DNA of 32,000 nucleotides from Microcystis aeruginosa NIES-843 (GTDB lineage Bacteria; Cyanobacteriota; Cyanobacteriia; Cyanobacteriales; Microcystaceae): NCBI RefSeq assembly GCF_000010625.1, contig NC_010296.1, positions 2,160,001 to 2,192,000 of the forward strand, read 5' to 3'. Shown piece by piece: positions 24,317 to 32,000 of this stretch (position 1 is its first letter; each line of letters starts with the position of its first letter). The notes under the pieces were generated by a model. It saw only the letters and a program-made list of their open reading frames with translations, ran no database searches and was not told where the DNA came from. The position numbers and the translations under genes were made by a program.

Positions 24317-25461
24317 AGATTTCCTTGTAGATGGCTAGTAACTACATTATTAATATCTGTCATAAACTTATCGGTAGAAAACAGAAATTTTTGTTTCTCT
24401 AGAGAGGAAAGTAATTGATATTGCCTATCCTCATTTTGGATCACATGGGCAATTTTTTCTACCGCATCCTCAAGATTATCAAAAAACAAATCGGTGTTTT
24501 CTTGACCAATAATTTCTGCTGGTCCCCCTCCTTCACGGGTGAAGGGAATGATCCCCGCTTTTACCATCTCGGCGATAGAAATGCCAAAGGGTTCAGGTTT
24601 AAAATGAATACCATACTTACAACGGTATAAAACTTGGGAATATTGTTCATAACTAAGGTTTTCACATAGCTCAATCCAATCAGAATTATCTCGAATTAAC
24701 TGATCCAAATAACGTTTATATTTAGCCTCAGCGTTACCGCCACCGCCCCCAGTAATATAGAGTTTAACATCAATGCCTTTTTGACGAACTTTTTCCAAAC
24801 ATTGAATTACCCGATGGGGTTGTTTTGCCTCTACCAAACGACCGCTACAGATAAAGGCATTTTCCTTATCTTGCCAAGCAATGTCTGCCGGTTTAATTAC
24901 CACGGGAGGATAGACAACTTTAGCGTCAATTCCATAATAGTCTTTAATGGCTGCTGCCACTGCCCCTGAATTGGCTAAAGAGAAGTTTTTTTTCAAATTA
25001 TCCACAGAAAAATTAGAGATACGATTATAATATTTCTGGGCTAACTCTCCACCTTCTAAAACCTTAATCCAGTGAATGTACTGCATACCTGGCCTACCCA
25101 AATCGGCAGCGTTATAAGCAGAAATTACTAAATCGTAATCTTGCTGCTTTTGTTTACAATATCTTAAACTGAGATGAATAGCTAATTGTCGAAAGTGTTT
25201 ATTATTAGAAGCTAAGGCATTATTGACACGATAGAAGCTCTTTGGTAGTAAAGAATCAACTTTGATTGATTGAGCATTTAAAGTTGTTCCATACATTAAA
25301 TTCAACCATTGCCAATCGAGGTCAGCAAAAGTTATTAAAGTCAGATCATACTTATCTTTCAAAGCTTCCATCATCCAGAGAGCAACCGCTTCCGCACCAC
25401 CACCCAAAAAACAAGGGTAGTAGATAGCGATTTTTTTGCTTAGAGGGTTATTCATGATCAT
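24313..25461 (-). CDS. Glycosyltransferase, GT4 (GT-B fold) family
   Basis: EPFGISIAEMVKAGIIPFTREGGGPAEII motif and an N-terminal GGGAE donor-binding-like segment. Confidence 0.8.
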   Translation of the reverse strand: MIMNNPLSKKIAIYYPCFLGGGAEAVALWMMEALKDKYDLTLITFADLDWQWLNLMYGTTLNAQSIKVDSLLPKSFYRVNNALASNNKHFRQLAIHLSLRYCKQKQQDYDLVISAYNAADLGRPGMQYIHWIKVLEGGELAQKYYNRISNFSVDNLKKNFSLANSGAVAAAIKDYYGIDAKVVYPPVVIKPADIAWQDKENAFICSGRLVEAKQPHRVIQCLEKVRQKGIDVKLYITGGGGGNAEAKYKRYLDQLIRDNSDWIELCENLSYEQYSQVLYRCKYGIHFKPEPFGISIAEMVKAGIIPFTREGGGPAEIIGQENTDLFFDNLEDAVEKIAHVIQNEDRQYQLLSSLEKQKFLFSTDKFMTDINNVVTSHLQGNL

Positions 25462-25503
25462 TGATACCTGACATTAGTTTAAGATTCTAGCAAAATCCGG
25501 TCT

Positions 25504-26820
25504 TTACGCAAGCATTTCTTCTAAAACCCTGGCTACCCTTAGGATTAACTCTTCGCGATCAGGAGCGGCGATGATTTGTAAACCTAAAGGTAGCTGGGAT
25601 GGGCGTTTAATCGGCAAAGAAAGGGCAGGTAAACCGATAAAAGAAAAAGGTTGGGTGAATCTGCCTAAATTGGGTCTAATTAATAGCTCTTGCCCGTCAA
25701 TAATCATTTTTTCTACTCCTAACGGCGGCGCAATACAGGGAATTGTCGGGGTGAGGATAATATCGACTTCGCTGAAAATCTCTCGCAGACGATCGCGATA
25801 CCAACGGCGAAAACGTTGAGCCTGTAAATACCAGCTAGAGGGAATTAATGCCCCCGCCAAGAAGCGATCCCGGGTTGCGGGGTCAAAATCCTCTAATCTG
25901 GTCTGTAAACGCGGTAAATGCCAATTTGCTCCCTCGGAAGCGGTAATTATATAGGCGGCTGCCCTGGCGCGGACGGTTTCGGGAATGGTGATTTTTTTGG
26001 TAACTCCTAAACGTTCGGCGATCGCTATCACCGACTCGATTACTTCTGGTTCGGCTCCCTGCTGAAAATAATCATCGGCAAGGGCTATTTTTACGCCCTC
26101 TAAGCCATTTAAAGGGGCTTTAAGGTTATTTTTGGCAAAAAGACCCCAAATAGCCGCCATATCCGCCACATTGCCGCTAAAAAATCCCAGATGATCCAAA
26201 CTACTAACGAACAAAAATAGGCCCTGACGGGATACGCGCCCAAAGGTGGGTTTTAGCCCCACTACGCCACAACAAGCGGCGGGAACCCTCACGGAACCAT
26301 TAGTATCGGAACCGAGGGCGAGAGGCACTAAATTAGCGGCAACGGCAGCGGCGGAACCGCCGGAGGATCCCCCCGAGACGCGACTAGGATCGCGGGGGTT
26401 GGCAGTGGCTCCATAATGGGCATTTTCGGTGACAAAACCGTAGGCGTACTCATCCATATTGGTCGCCCCCACCAAAACCGCCCCGGCTGCTTCTAGGGTT
26501 TGTATAGCGATCGCATCTTGTCCGGCGACAGGGTGATCTCGATTGATTTTGGAACCGGCAAGGGTGACAATACCCTCGATATCAAAGAGATTTTTGACGG
26601 CGAAGGGGACTCCTGCTAAGACACCGACGGGTTCCCCATTAGCGATCGCTAGATCGATTTTTTGGGCTTGAGCGAGCGCTCTAGGGTGTAAAATGTCGGT
26701 AAAGCAATTTAAATGGCGATTTTTCGCCTCTATCTCCGCTAAAGTCCGATTAATAACTTCTAAGGCGCTAGTTTGACGATTTTGGATCGATCGAGCTAAA
26801 TTGCACACAGAAATAGTCAT
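25504..26820 (-). CDS. Amidase-signature family amidohydrolase, AtzE-like
   Basis: Amidase signature GGSSGGSAAAVA with the upstream K (FAVKNLF) and Ser-cisSer context. Start overlaps (ATGA) the stop of a small GatC/AtzG-like ORF. Confidence 0.85.
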   Translation of the reverse strand: MTISVCNLARSIQNRQTSALEVINRTLAEIEAKNRHLNCFTDILHPRALAQAQKIDLAIANGEPVGVLAGVPFAVKNLFDIEGIVTLAGSKINRDHPVAGQDAIAIQTLEAAGAVLVGATNMDEYAYGFVTENAHYGATANPRDPSRVSGGSSGGSAAAVAANLVPLALGSDTNGSVRVPAACCGVVGLKPTFGRVSRQGLFLFVSSLDHLGFFSGNVADMAAIWGLFAKNNLKAPLNGLEGVKIALADDYFQQGAEPEVIESVIAIAERLGVTKKITIPETVRARAAAYIITASEGANWHLPRLQTRLEDFDPATRDRFLAGALIPSSWYLQAQRFRRWYRDRLREIFSEVDIILTPTIPCIAPPLGVEKMIIDGQELLIRPNLGRFTQPFSFIGLPALSLPIKRPSQLPLGLQIIAAPDREELILRVARVLEEMLA

Positions 26821-27065
26821 GGTTCAAAGCTGAGGGCGCTTTCCCCGTCATCCTCTAAGGGAAATTCTGTCACTAAACTGGCGATTTCTTGCAAGCGTTG
26901 CCAGTTTTCAACCACAGAATTTAAATAGCGATCGGGAATGGTTAAATCTAGGATTTTCGCCATGATTATAACGTATTCTTCTGGATTATTCATAGATTTC
27001 GTTCTGGTTGGGGTTAAGGATATCAAGATTTGCTTGAAAGCAGCGCTCAGGAATAAAATCGACAC
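26817..27065 (-). CDS. Small AtzG-like / GatC-like partner protein (DUF4089-type)
   Basis: Short acidic protein translationally coupled to the amidase. The segment AKILDLTIPDRYLNSVVENWQRLQEIASLVTEFPL resembles AtzG-like proteins. The likely true start is MNNPEEY at 26993. Confidence 0.55.
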   Translation of the reverse strand: MSILFLSAAFKQILISLTPTRTKSMNNPEEYVIIMAKILDLTIPDRYLNSVVENWQRLQEIASLVTEFPLEDDGESALSFEP

Positions 27066-27340
27066 CTAGTTAAGCTGTGAAAATTGCTAGGATATAAGAG
27101 AAAATCTCCTGTAAATACAATAGCTATCCCTAGGGAGGAAGTATAACTTAAATTTGTTCTTGACCACCGACTCCCTAGGATCATAACCTTAGATATGATC
27201 CTAGAACTGTATATTGAGATATTTTCCTCCCCTTCACCCCCCGATTAAATTAAACTTATATATGACCAAAAACAAGAGGTAACAAGCCTCCCCTTTCAAG
27301 AGAATGAAAATTAAAAGCTACTGAAGACTACTGGTAGTCA

Positions 27341-27408
27341 CTGATAACTGATAACTGATAACTGATAACTAATAACTGATAACTGATAACTGATAACTGA
27401 TAACTGAA
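27341..27408. repeat. Heptanucleotide tandem repeat (CTGATAA)x9 (one CTAATAA variant) running directly into the start codon of the radical SAM gene
   Basis: Units run from 27341 to 27403, then CTGAA followed by ATG at 27409. Confidence 0.95.
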
Positions 27409-29010
27409 ATGACCATCTTACAAGACGAAAAACTCCTCTTTACTCCCGCAATACCCCACAGTGATGCCCTTAGAACTATTTTTGCCTTTCCTAATCAGTA
27501 TTCTGTGGGTATAACCAGTTTAGGTTATCAAATTGTTTGGGCAACTTTAGCCCTGCGATCGGATATACAAGTTAGTCGTTTATTTACGGATTTTCAAGAA
27601 TCTTTACCCCGTTATCCCGAATTAGTCGGCTTTTCCTTTTCCTGGGAATTAGACTATGTTAATATCCTCTCGCTGTTAGAATCTTTAGAAATTCCTTGTC
27701 ACAGTCATCAACGGCAAGATCGACAGGCGATAATTTTTGGAGGTGGACCAGTTTTAACCGCTAATCCCGAACCTTTTGCCGCTTTTTTTGATGTAATTTT
27801 ATTGGGAGATGGTGAAAATTTAATTGCTGATTTTATTAATGCCTATCAAGAGGTTAGAAACGCTGATCGCCCGACAAAACTCCGTCATTTGTCCCAGGTT
27901 CCAGGGGTGTATGTTCCTAGTTTATATACCGTTAATTATGACAGTCCAGAAGGTGAAATTACAGCAATTCTACCCATAGATAATAATGTTCCCGCCTTTG
28001 TTAGTAAACAAACCTATCGCAGTAATACCCTTTCTGCTTCTACGGTGGTGACAAAACAAGCGGCATGGGAGAATATTTATATGGTAGAGGTGGTGCGAAG
28101 TTGTCCAGAAATGTGCCGTTTTTGTTTAGCTAGTTATCTAACTTTACCCTTTCGTACCGCTAGTTTAGAATCTTTAATTCCCGCCATTGAAAAAGGTTTA
28201 AAAGTGACTGATCGCCTTGGTTTATTAGGTGCTTCCGTCAGCCAACATCCTGAATTTGAAACCTTACTCGATTATCTTTTTCAACCAAAATTTGAGGGGG
28301 TTAGACTCTCGATCGCTTCAGTTAGAACTAATACCGTCACGGAAAAATTAGCCAGAATTTTATCCCAAAGAGACACCAAATCAATTACTATTGCCGTAGA
28401 AAGTGGTTCCGATCGCCTACGGGAAATTATCAACAAAAAGTTAGCCAATGATGAAATTATCCAAGCTGCTATTAATGCTAAAGCGGGCGGTTTAAAAGGG
28501 ATAAAACTCTATGGTATGGTGGGAATACCGGGAGAAGAAACCGAAGATATAGCGGCGACTGTGGAAATGTTAATAGCATTAAAAAAAGCCGCCTCTGGAC
28601 TGCGAATTTCTTTCGGTTGCAGCACCTTTGTGCCTAAATCCCATACTCCTTTTCAGTGGTTTGGCGTTAATAAAATGGCCGAAAAAAGATTAAAATATCT
28701 AGAGAAACAATTAGGTAAACAGGGCATAGAATTTCGCCCAGAAAGTTATAATTGGTCGGTGATTCAAGCCCTATTATCTAGAGGCGATCGCCGCTTGACT
28801 TCCCTGTTAGAATTAACCCGTGGCTACGGTGATTCTTTAGGCAGTTATAAACGGGCTTTTAAGGAACTAAAAGGACAAATTCCCCCTCTAGATTATTACG
28901 TCCATCAGCAATGGCGTTTAGAACAGGTTTTACCCTGGAGTCATTTACACGGTCCTTTATCCTCAAATGTTTTGGTAAAACATTTAGAAGATTCCCAAAC
29001 AAAAAGGTAA
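27409..29010 (+). CDS. Radical SAM protein with N-terminal B12-binding-like domain
   Basis: CxxxCxxC cluster motif in VEVVRSCPEMCRFCLASY. The N-terminal region (IIFGGGPVLTANPEPF..VILLGDGE) resembles the B12-binding/TIGR03960-type radical SAM family. Confidence 0.8.
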   Translation: MTILQDEKLLFTPAIPHSDALRTIFAFPNQYSVGITSLGYQIVWATLALRSDIQVSRLFTDFQESLPRYPELVGFSFSWELDYVNILSLLESLEIPCHSHQRQDRQAIIFGGGPVLTANPEPFAAFFDVILLGDGENLIADFINAYQEVRNADRPTKLRHLSQVPGVYVPSLYTVNYDSPEGEITAILPIDNNVPAFVSKQTYRSNTLSASTVVTKQAAWENIYMVEVVRSCPEMCRFCLASYLTLPFRTASLESLIPAIEKGLKVTDRLGLLGASVSQHPEFETLLDYLFQPKFEGVRLSIASVRTNTVTEKLARILSQRDTKSITIAVESGSDRLREIINKKLANDEIIQAAINAKAGGLKGIKLYGMVGIPGEETEDIAATVEMLIALKKAASGLRISFGCSTFVPKSHTPFQWFGVNKMAEKRLKYLEKQLGKQGIEFRPESYNWSVIQALLSRGDRRLTSLLELTRGYGDSLGSYKRAFKELKGQIPPLDYYVHQQWRLEQVLPWSHLHGPLSSNVLVKHLEDSQTKR

Positions 29011-29203
29011 AGTATCGCTAATAAGCTAAGACGCATTTCAACAATGTCTTGACTATCAGACCCCACATGAGGTATTCTATCAAGGTAGATCAGATAGTGG
29101 TGACATTCAGACTTGAATTAGCCCTATTAAAAACAAAAAAATGTTACTTTTATTAACTATAAATCTCGATTAAACCATTAATTTAATCTTAGTTGATCAA
29201 CCC

Positions 29204-30619
29204 ATGAGCAAGAAAAATGAGACCGTTACCCTGCTTTTAGCCTTGGTGATTACCCTAGTATTTTTTGGGGCAGGTGGTTGGTGGTTATACAATCGTTTTC
29301 AAGGAAAAAATAACCCAACCAATCTTTCTGAAATCGAGAAAATATCACCGGAGCAAAAATCGGTATCGGCACAAGCAAAATTTAGTCAAGGGGAAAACTT
29401 ATTAATAGTTGAAGGGGCTTCTTCGGACAAACAAGCTGCCATACAGGCAATCGGGAAAGGAGACTTTCAGCAAGCAGTTTACCTCCTAGAAAAATCCCTG
29501 CGAGCTAATCAAAATGATCCGGAAGCTCTCATCTACTTAAATAACGCCCGTATTGGTGAAGCTAAGTCCTATACTATCGCCGTTTCCGTGCCAATTGGTA
29601 GCAATGTCAACACCGCCCTAGAAGTTTTACGAGGAGTTGCCCAATCTCAAAATCAAATCAATCAAACCGGAGGAATTAATGGCACTCCTTTAAAAGTTCT
29701 CATTGCTGATGATGCTGATAATCCCGAAATTGCCGCTCAAATTGCCCAAAAATTAGCGGCTGATAACAGCATTTTAGGAGTAGTAGGACACACTAGCAGT
29801 GACACCTCTTTAGCGGCGGCGGCTATCTATCAAAAAGGGGGATTAGTAATGATTTCCCCCATCAGTACCTCAGTTAAACTCTCCAATTTTGGTGACTATA
29901 TCTTTCGTTCTGTTCCCAGTGATTTTGTGGCGGCACGGGCATTAGCCGAATCTAGCTTGCAAAAAATTCCTAACGTCAAGGCAGTGGTATTTTTTAACTC
30001 CCAAAGTAATTATAGTCAATCCCTAAAATCTGAATTTACCACCGCTTTAGGATTAGGAGGAGGTCAAGTGGTGAGTGAATTTGATCTATCTTCCCTCACT
30101 TTTACCCCTTCTAAAAGCCTCCAACAAGCTCAACAGGAGGGAGCAAATCTAATCGCCCTTCTTGGGGATAGTGGAACCCTAGATAAGGCTTTGCAGGTGG
30201 TTCAAATCAATGGTCAAAAATTACCGATTGTGGCGGGTGATGACGTTTATAGCCCCAAAACTCTGGATGTAGGCGGAAAAAATGCCCTTGGCATGATTGT
30301 TGCTGTCGCTTGGCATTTGGCGGCTAATCCAAATAGTCCTTTTGTGAATAATTCCCGCCAATTGTGGCAAGGAGACGTAAATTGGCGCACCGTCACCGCT
30401 TATGACGCTACCCAGGCTTTAATTGCTGGCATTAAGGCAGAATCTAGCCGAGAGGGAGTTCAACAGGCGTTAAGAAGCAGTGATTTTTCTGTTCCCGGGG
30501 CGACTAATCCAGTGCGATTTTTACCGTCTGGCGATCGCAATCAATCCGTGCAATTAGTGGTAGTTAAACCCGGTTCTCGTTCTAGTTTTGGGGTAGATTT
30601 TGTGCCAATTTCTCGATAA
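29204..30619 (+). CDS. Membrane-anchored periplasmic substrate-binding protein, type 1 PBP (Leu/Ile/Val-binding-like) with a TPR-like linker
   Basis: N-terminal TM helix (VTLLLALVITLVFFGAGGWWLY), a TPR-like segment (GDFQQAVYLLEKSLRANQNDPEALIYLNNA), then the LivK-type pattern (IAVSVPIG...INGTPLKVLIADDADNPE..GVVGHTSS). Confidence 0.75.
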   Translation: MSKKNETVTLLLALVITLVFFGAGGWWLYNRFQGKNNPTNLSEIEKISPEQKSVSAQAKFSQGENLLIVEGASSDKQAAIQAIGKGDFQQAVYLLEKSLRANQNDPEALIYLNNARIGEAKSYTIAVSVPIGSNVNTALEVLRGVAQSQNQINQTGGINGTPLKVLIADDADNPEIAAQIAQKLAADNSILGVVGHTSSDTSLAAAAIYQKGGLVMISPISTSVKLSNFGDYIFRSVPSDFVAARALAESSLQKIPNVKAVVFFNSQSNYSQSLKSEFTTALGLGGGQVVSEFDLSSLTFTPSKSLQQAQQEGANLIALLGDSGTLDKALQVVQINGQKLPIVAGDDVYSPKTLDVGGKNALGMIVAVAWHLAANPNSPFVNNSRQLWQGDVNWRTVTAYDATQALIAGIKAESSREGVQQALRSSDFSVPGATNPVRFLPSGDRNQSVQLVVVKPGSRSSFGVDFVPISR

Positions 30620-30644
30620 AATGACAACTAAATCAAGATGAATT

Positions 30645-30789
30645 ATAAGTAAGTAGTTATAATTAAATTGAAGATAGATTTTGCCTCTGATCCCCCCTTA
30701 ATCCCCCCTTAATAAGGGGGGTGCCGATCCCCCCTTAATCCCCCCTTAATAAGGGGGGTGTCTGAGAACTTTTAACACCTACCTACTTA
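30645..30789. repeat. MITE-like repeat, copy 2 (same family and orientation as 632..765)
   Basis: Shared termini and internal CCCCCCTTAATAAGGGGGG palindromes. The internal module CCGATCCCCCCTTAATCCCCCCTTAATAAGGGGGGTG is duplicated relative to copy 1. The last base overlaps the ATG of the next gene. Confidence 0.65.
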
Positions 30790-31514
30790 TGTTAGAAACT
30801 CCCCCTAAATATTCTGTTCTTGGTTTACCGGTTCATCTCCTCGATAACTACAGTCGTTGGTTAATCGATCGCCTCTATCAAGGTTTTGGTTCCCACGTTG
30901 TCACTCTTAATGCAGAAATGGCAATGTTAGGGGAAAATGATGCCAAAGTAGCCCAAGTTATTCGGGAAGCAGATTTAGTTATTCCCGACGGCGCGGGGAT
31001 TGTTATTTACTTAAAATTAAGGGGTAAAAAACAAACCCGCTGCCCCGGTATTGAATTATCAGAATCCTTAATTACTGAGTTAGGAATGCAGGGAGAGAGT
31101 TTTCCTATTGCTTTTTTTGGTGGTCAACCGGGGATTACGGAAAAAGCGGCAAGTAATTGGCAAAAAAAGATACCTAATATCCGTATTCTGTCTAACCACG
31201 GTTATCTATCCTCCCAGGAAATGTCCGATTGGATCGAGGTGTTAAAAGATCAACAACCGCGGTTAATTTTAGTTGGTTTGGGAGTACCCCGACAAGAATA
31301 TTGGATTAGGGAACATCGATATCTCTGTCCCCAAGCTATCTGGGTAGGTGTGGGGGGCAGTTTTGATATCTGGTCCGGGACAAAAATCCGCGCCCCTCGC
31401 TTTTTCTGTGACAATAATTTAGAGTGGTTGTATCGACTCTATCAGGAACCTTGGCGCTGGAAAAGAATGTTAGCTTTACCTAAATTTTTCTGGCGCTCTC
31501 TTTTTTATTCCTAG
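30789..31514 (+). CDS. WecB/TagA/CpsF family glycosyltransferase
   Basis: VLGLPVHLL..VVTLNAEMAMLG..ADLVIPDGAGIV..LILVGLGVPRQEYWI..VGGSFD is the typical family pattern. Confidence 0.85.
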   Translation: MLETPPKYSVLGLPVHLLDNYSRWLIDRLYQGFGSHVVTLNAEMAMLGENDAKVAQVIREADLVIPDGAGIVIYLKLRGKKQTRCPGIELSESLITELGMQGESFPIAFFGGQPGITEKAASNWQKKIPNIRILSNHGYLSSQEMSDWIEVLKDQQPRLILVGLGVPRQEYWIREHRYLCPQAIWVGVGGSFDIWSGTKIRAPRFFCDNNLEWLYRLYQEPWRWKRMLALPKFFWRSLFYS

Positions 31515-31523
31515 TAATAGTTA

Positions 31524-32000
31524 TTATAAATTCTTTTCGATAAAGGCAATCACTCGATCTAATCCTTCCCGTGTTTTTAAGTTGGTGAAGATAAAGGGTT
31601 TATCCCCGCGCATCTTTTTGGCATCTCTATCCATCACTCCTAAATCTGCCCCCACCATCGGGGCTAAATCTATTTTATTGATTACCAATAAATCCGATTT
31701 TGTGATACCCGGTCCCCCCTTGCGAGGGATTTTATCTCCGGCTGCCACGTCAATCACATAGATGGTTAAATCTACTAATTCGGGGCTAAAGGTTGCCGCT
31801 AAGTTGTCACCACCACTTTCCAGAAAAATTAGCTTTAAGTTAGCAAATTTTCTCTCTAACTGTTCAATGGCAACTAAGTTAATTGAGGCATCCTCGCGAA
31901 TAGCTGTATGGGGACATCCTCCCGTTTCTACTCCTAAAATTCTTTCCGGAGCTAAAGCTTGCGATCGCACTAAAAATTGGGCATCTTCTTGAGTATAAAT
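31524..32000 (-). CDS. ureG: Urease accessory GTPase UreG, C-terminal part (5' end outside window)
   Basis: [22 protein letters not shown] and [10 protein letters not shown] are diagnostic UreG motifs. The frame stays open to the window edge. Confidence 0.92.
   Translation of the reverse strand: MYTQEDAQFLVRSQALAPERILGVETGGCPHTAIREDASINLVAIEQLERKFANLKLIFLESGGDNLAATFSPELVDLTIYVIDVAAGDKIPRKGGPGITKSDLLVINKIDLAPMVGADLGVMDRDAKKMRGDKPFIFTNLKTREGLDRVIAFIEKNL

Overview
This is a cyanobacterial chromosomal window, probably Microcystis-like. Evidence: AT-rich by eye, many HIP1 octamers (GCGATCGC), heptanucleotide tandem repeats in most intergenic regions, and ycf54 and ictB-like genes. I count about 30 real CDS, one intact IS630-family element, two copies of a MITE-like repeat and many short-repeat arrays.

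The main feature is a microviridin-type graspetide RiPP locus at about 13.3-18.7 kb. It contains a 50-aa precursor gene, mdnA, at 18584..18736 (minus). This gene is missing from the supplied ORF track because it is short, and a spurious 93-aa antisense ORF covers it. Downstream lie two ATP-grasp ligases (mdnB, mdnC), a GNAT acetyltransferase (mdnD) and an ABC transporter (mdnE candidate). The family is already described and the predicted core is YGGTFKYPSDWEDY.

What looks unusual is the architecture:
- The transporter and GNAT genes are convergent with mdnABC.
- mdnD is bracketed by a perfect 63-bp inverted repeat.
- The whole locus is bracketed by direct (CAGTAAW)5 arrays.

The left part of the window (0.8-7.4 kb) has a conflict-island flavour. 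It holds a PLD/EF-hand/ComEA-HhH lipoprotein divergent from a dynamin-like GTPase, a stand-alone FGE-sulfatase domain protein, a decayed MntA/HepT pair and a Uma2 endonuclease.

Other points:
- An IS630 element is inserted exactly in the stop codon of an AEC transporter gene.
- A repeat family overlaps gene 3' ends.
- G-quadruplex-type (GGGGTGT)n tracts lie in 3' regions.
- An atzG/atzE-like amidase pair appears to be co-operonic with two GT4 glycosyltransferases and a MOSC protein.

All functional calls come from motif recognition by eye. No database search was possible.
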